DNA of 64,000 nt from an uncultured Pseudomonadales bacterium (lineage in GTDB: Bacteria; Patescibacteriota; Microgenomatia; UBA1400; CAYNMC01): assembly GCA_964414895.1 (NCBI GenBank), contig CAYPXO010000003.1, positions 12,284-76,283 on the forward strand. Direction: 5' to 3'. Position numbers and translations under genes: made by a program. The first letter of the stretch is position 1; each line of letters starts with the position of its first letter. This document shows positions 59,968 through 64,000 of the stretch, one piece after another. Below the pieces are notes generated by a model that was given only the letters and a program-made list of their open reading frames with translations, was not told the DNA's origin and ran no database searches.

Positions 59968-60561
59968 ATGAAAAAAACAATTCTGTTTGTTGGCAGTTTA
60001 GTGGCGACAAGCCTAATTTTGTCTGGCTGTTTTAAAAAGCTACCAACAGAAGAACAAAAGAGTAAACAGCCAACCGGAGCGACTAGCGAGACTGCCAACT
60101 GGCAGGTCTACGATAACCGAGAATATGGATTCCAAATAAAATATCCTTCTGGCTGGCAATTTGATATTGATAGAGTGGAAGGGCCCAAAATGGAAGAAGT
60201 AATTAAATTGTCAGCTAGTTTTTCAGATGGAGTTCATAAGGTTACCAGCGGCATGGGAGATATCACCGCTCTAGCTGGTCTTCAAATCACCAAAGGAACA
60301 TTAGAGGAATATCAGGAAGTCCACAACTCTCCAGTTGAAGGAACAGTAGAAGAAACAACTATTAGTGGTTATCCGGCCACTAAGGAAAAAAGAGGCTTTG
60401 GTGACGAGACTGCTTATATGTTTGAGCATCCGGAGGGAAAATATAGAGTTACTTTAACAGACTATACAGAGAGATTCAGTGATGTTTTAAATGACCAAGA
60501 AAGACTAGAGATGAGAGAAATTATTGATAAGATTTTTTCTACTTTTGATTTTGTTGATTGA
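59968..60561 (+). CDS. PsbP-like lipoprotein (related to upstream gene)
   Basis: Lipobox LSGC; WQVYDNREYGFQIKYP...DKIFSTFDF. Confidence 0.75.
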   Translation: MKKTILFVGSLVATSLILSGCFKKLPTEEQKSKQPTGATSETANWQVYDNREYGFQIKYPSGWQFDIDRVEGPKMEEVIKLSASFSDGVHKVTSGMGDITALAGLQITKGTLEEYQEVHNSPVEGTVEETTISGYPATKEKRGFGDETAYMFEHPEGKYRVTLTDYTERFSDVLNDQERLEMREIIDKIFSTFDFVD

Positions 60562-60608
60562 GCGATGTTTTTAAAATGAAAGAGGTATTTTGTTTTGATG
60601 TTGGCATT

Positions 60609-61319
60609 TTAACTTGCCAGAGTTAAGCCCCAAATAAATCTGGCGCCATTCCTTTTTAAAACTCCGGCGCATTCACGCAGAGTGGATCCTGTTGTCCAAA
60701 CATCGTCGAAAAGAATAATGGGTGAATGAGTGATGGATAAATGGGTGAATTGTTCATTGATTTTAAAGGCGTCTTTAATGTTTTTCTGCCGTTCTTTCTT
60801 TTTTAGCTCCGTTTGGGGAGTAGTATTTTTTACTCTTTTAAGCATATTTGGCACAAAATTAATTCCTAAATTTTCAGCAATCATTTTTCCTAACAACTCC
60901 GACTGATTAAAGCCTCGCCAGCGCTTTCTTGAGAGATGGAGGGGAACAGGGATAAATAGGCTGCTGTCTTGGAGATTTTGAGAAAAAATTTTACTAAAAA
61001 CAATGTCTTCGCCAAGGCAGCTTAAAAAAAGCTCTATCAATTCTTGGCTAACATCAAAAACAAAACGGTATTTTAATTTCTTAAGAATTTTTTTTAAGAG
61101 TCCTGAGTAGCTGAAAATCGAAGTCAGACCATCAAGGGTGTATCTTTTTTGACAAATTGGGTGGGTTTTCCCTCCAATAGCAGGCTTTCCACAAACCGGA
61201 CATCTCCTTTCTTGGTTTATTTTAATTTTGTTAAGACAATGGTTGCAAAGGTATTCTCCCCATTGCCCACAACCAAAGCAAGTTTTGGGAAAAAGAAAAT
61301 CTTTTAGAAAAGCGCCCAT
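60609..61319 (-). CDS. comF: ComF-family phosphoribosyltransferase-fold protein
   Basis: N-terminal Cys pairs, PVPLH, RGFNQS, FDDVWTTGST. Confidence 0.9.
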   Translation of the reverse strand: MGAFLKDFLFPKTCFGCGQWGEYLCNHCLNKIKINQERRCPVCGKPAIGGKTHPICQKRYTLDGLTSIFSYSGLLKKILKKLKYRFVFDVSQELIELFLSCLGEDIVFSKIFSQNLQDSSLFIPVPLHLSRKRWRGFNQSELLGKMIAENLGINFVPNMLKRVKNTTPQTELKKKERQKNIKDAFKINEQFTHLSITHSPIILFDDVWTTGSTLRECAGVLKRNGARFIWGLTLAS

Positions 61320-61370
61320 TTTAGCTTACCCTTCATTTTATAGTCATTTTATGGTAAAATACAGTTTGTT

Positions 61371-61800
61371 GGGGATGAATTGACTCGACGGAAAGTTTGT
61401 TCTTTGAAATCTGCAAGCCTCCTTTGGATACCAGGAGAAAAACAGATCCAAAAAATAACTGTCAATTCTTTAAGACAGACAGCAACTTCTTTACTTGCTA
61501 AGGCTGCGGACTTTGTCTTTGGTCCTAGCAATGAAGTTGCTCCAGCATACGCTTTGGCGTAAATTTACCTGCCTTCAGGCAGGGCTGCATTCTAAAAAGT
61601 CTTTCCTAGGGGATTTTTTAGGGTGACAACTCACTTAGGACACCAGATCTGACTTGGCCGAATCAGGTTGGAGATTTTTAGGCCAAAAACAAAGTGAAAA
61701 AGAGTTGTTCCTTTCTCTCACTTTGCAAACAAAGGAAATAAGCTTGTAGGTTGATTTTAAAAAACCTTTTCGGACAGGAGCTCATTACTCCTCATCTCCA
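61371..61800 (+). ncRNA. ssrA: tmRNA
   Basis: GGGGATG...CTCGAC 5' end, CATCTCCA 3' end, AAGCTTGTAG near the 3' end; tag ORF 61461-61562 ending YALA. Confidence 0.92.
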
Positions 61801-61919
61801 CCGCATAAAGTCGATTAAGCAAAAGAGATAAAAATAAAATGGCACCAGAATTTGACCTAAAGCCTCTCAGTGACGAACAATTAATGAAAATAAGCGAAAA
61901 AGGTCAAGAAGGCGCAGGC

Positions 61920-62098
61920 TATAGATAAGGTCAATAGAAATTACTCATTGTCATTCCGGACCTGCCTGCCGGTCTTGCCTGTCGGCAGACAGGCAGGCAG
62001 GCTTGATCCGGAATCTATACAAATAAAACTATTTTTATAGATCCTGAATCAAGTTCAGGATGACAAGGAAGAGTCAAACTCTAATGGCGTTATCTATA
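61920..62098. mobile_element. MITE-like element, copy 3, with nested palindromes
   Basis: TA|tagataa...ttatcta|TA; core tgtcattcc...gaatctata...tatagatcc...gatgacaa; internal cctgcctgccgg...caggcaggc. Confidence 0.75.
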
Positions 62099-62154
62099 GA
62101 GAGAATTTTACAAGAGGAGTAGATTTAATCGCTTGGATTAAAAGTGCTATATCC

Positions 62155-62257
62155 GTTACTCTTTGAGCGGATTCGCCGGTTGGCGGAGGAGTCGAAAAGT
62201 TTTTTCTGCTGGAGTTCTCGACTTTACTCGAACAATAAAAACTGACTGGCTTGAATT
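62155..62257 (+). repeat. Family R1 copy b
   Basis: gttactctttgagcg...gttctcgact...ctcgaacaataaaaactgactggcttgaatt. Confidence 0.85.
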
Positions 62258-62264
62258 CTGAAAT

Positions 62265-62684
62265 TCACATTTTTATATAGCTGTTGAAGAAGCCTCTCCA
62301 AATAAAGGCGGTGATATTCATCCCGCCGCTGCTAAGATTAACCGCTTTTTTTAGCTCATATTGACTGATTACTTCATCTAACGGTTCTTTATCTGGAATA
62401 TTTCCAGTATAGTAACTCTGGAGAACAGGCAAAGCGCGACTGTTTCCTAATTGACCCAACGCCCAAATGGCATGGTTTCTTGACCTGAATCCTTGGCTCT
62501 CATCGTTAAGCTGGGCAATAAGAGCTTCCACACAATCACCGCCATATTGCCACTTGGCATTTTGGCAGAGATTTTTGGCTTCATAACCAATCCAGACACT
62601 GCCAATAAAGAAAAATAGCAAGACAATACTCATACTAATGGCAATCAGATAAAAAAGTTTTTCTTTGATCTTTTTAATTTTCAT
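62265..62684 (-). CDS. Membrane-anchored HEAT-repeat protein
   Basis: TM segment then VEALIAQL...RNHAIWALGQLG..RALPVL. Confidence 0.75.
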   Translation of the reverse strand: MKIKKIKEKLFYLIAISMSIVLLFFFIGSVWIGYEAKNLCQNAKWQYGGDCVEALIAQLNDESQGFRSRNHAIWALGQLGNSRALPVLQSYYTGNIPDKEPLDEVISQYELKKAVNLSSGGMNITAFIWRGFFNSYIKM

Positions 62685-62889
62685 TTTTATCCCCCTTTTC
62701 CTCATAGGTAAAGATGTCCTCAATCATTACCTTAAATAGTTTGGCAATTTTGAAAGCCAAGCCCAAAGATGGCAAATACTTATTGTTTTCAATGGCAATG
62801 ACTGTCTGGCGACTAACTCCGATCTTGCCCGCTAACTGTTCTTGGGTCAAATCGTGCATCGCTCTGAAAACTTTCAGCTTATTTTTCAT
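62674..62889 (-). CDS. XRE-family HTH regulator
   Basis: MKNKLKVFRA..LTQEQLA..VSRQTVIAIE..KYLPSL. Confidence 0.92.
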   Translation of the reverse strand: MKNKLKVFRAMHDLTQEQLAGKIGVSRQTVIAIENNKYLPSLGLAFKIAKLFKVMIEDIFTYEEKGDKNEN

Positions 62890-63304
62890 TACTGCCTCCA
62901 TATTTCCTGCTGAAAAAGTGATAGGAGATGGCATAAATGGCAATCAAAAATAAAGTCAGGTAGGCAAAAACCATCCCTAAAGATTCAACGTACAACCACT
63001 CTCCTTTACTGAAAATCGAAAATCCGCCTTTAGAAGGAAGCAATAAGAGAAACGCAGCAATGCCGATAGTCGGAGCAAAAATGGCATAGGTCATCCTGGC
63101 GGCTTTTTCCTGAATGGTTATTTCTCGCTCATCGGTCCTGATTTTGACTTTGGAACGCACCAGAATCATAAAGACAATGCCTGTTAGAACACCAGCAGTA
63201 GCCAGAAGGTAACTATCACGAATAACTGCTAGACCAACAATAGCGGAAACAAAAAGGGCGACAATAGCTCGAAGTTGTTTATATTGCTTTCTGTTCACAC
63301 CCAT
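62879..63304 (-). CDS. DUF2178-like membrane protein
   Basis: DEREITIQEKAAR motif, four TM segments, coupled to the HTH gene. Confidence 0.78.
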   Translation of the reverse strand: MGVNRKQYKQLRAIVALFVSAIVGLAVIRDSYLLATAGVLTGIVFMILVRSKVKIRTDEREITIQEKAARMTYAIFAPTIGIAAFLLLLPSKGGFSIFSKGEWLYVESLGMVFAYLTLFLIAIYAISYHFFSRKYGGSNEK

Positions 63305-63345
63305 AGTGTAACATATTCTTTACATTATGTCAAGTATTTATAACA
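63305..63345 (-). promoter_or_regulatory. Sigma70 promoter overlapped by two TGT-N12-ACA operator-like palindromes
   Basis: Minus strand TTGACA-17 nt-TACACT; tgtaacatattctttaca and tgtcaagtatttataaca. Confidence 0.65.
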
Positions 63346-63566
63346 TAGGCCTTTATTATATTCGAAGTTTGTCTTTTTTTGACTCTCTCCCTAAAGGACT
63401 TATTCATCAGAAAAATAGAATTTAGTATTGATTTATCAAGTCTTAGAGGGTTTTATGATCTTCTTAAAATATTTCCTGCTTATGATTTTATCACAAAATA
63501 AGAGTAAAAAACTCTCTAAAAAACTTATTCTCCAAGCAAAAGATTGAATTTGATCTCAACCGTCCC

Positions 63567-63998
63567 TTACCGGTATAAAAAGAGCTTAGCTTTCGATATC
63601 AATGCCATGAAGTTTTTTTTAAATTGACTAATAACAACTTTGGCTTTTACAAACCAATCATTCTTTTTTTTGCTTACTGTTGATTCTATGTGAGGTGAAG
63701 AATTTGGGGTAAAACTTGGACTAGAGGTTGGAGAAAACTGGATTGTATTAGTTGGAGAAGGCTCAAGATTAGGCGTTTCTGAAACAGTGGGGGTTGGCAA
63801 TATTGGTATTGTTTTTATTGGTAATAAAGTCGGCTTTGGTGAAGGATTATTAAAGTATAGAACATAATCACTTGAATCATAATTGGTGTCAAGAGAGTGG
63901 ACATAAATAATTATCTGCCCAGGTTGACTAGCAAAACATTGACCAAAGACTATTCCATTATTATTACTTTTATTTGTTGGAGTAATACAGTAATCGCC
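63567..63998 (-). CDS. Hypothetical protein with Pro/Thr/Ser linker; 5' end lies outside the window
   Basis: Frame open to the window edge. Confidence 0.6.
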   Translation of the reverse strand, partial: GDYCITPTNKSNNNGIVFGQCFASQPGQIIIYVHSLDTNYDSSDYVLYFNNPSPKPTLLPIKTIPILPTPTVSETPNLEPSPTNTIQFSPTSSPSFTPNSSPHIESTVSKKKNDWFVKAKVVISQFKKNFMALISKAKLFLYR

Positions 63999-64000
63999 TT

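Noticed and set aside
272-62953. Many 60-140 aa ORFs antisense to or overlapping assigned genes
   Set aside because: No recognisable motifs; shadows of well-supported genes.
1-64000. CRISPR array or cas genes; diversity-generating retroelement
   Set aside because: No regularly spaced repeat-spacer array, no cas motifs and no reverse transcriptase; repeat mismatches near the recombinase are too few and not a TR/VR pattern.

Overview
AT-rich 64-kb chromosomal window in the standard bacterial code. Gene content points to a Patescibacteria/CPR organism, probably Microgenomates-like (inference). Housekeeping content: hrcA-grpE-dnaK-dnaJ with a CIRCE operator, argS, metG, gmk, gap, rpe, rpiB, transketolase N-subunit, two class A PBPs, several GT-C/GT2/GT4 glycosyltransferases, three PIN toxin-antitoxin pairs, six tRNAs (including Ile-UAU and Arg-GCG) and a tmRNA with a 33-residue tag. 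The standout is a ~6.0-kb element (52059-58081) integrated at the 3' end of tRNA-Ser(GCT). It carries a large serine recombinase plus a restriction-modification/OLD-nuclease cargo. Its non-coding DNA holds scrambled, inverted copies of short pieces of the recombinase locus, placed so that the minus strand can fold into four almost perfectly closed four-way junctions; most mismatches are G-T/G-U compatible on that strand only. Excision would restore a second recombinase C-terminus. The window also has several families of small palindromic elements and MITEs, some inserted in frame in argS and other genes, an unusual two-ATP-grasp operon, and many promoters that imply leaderless mRNAs. All calls come from manual reading, with no database searches.
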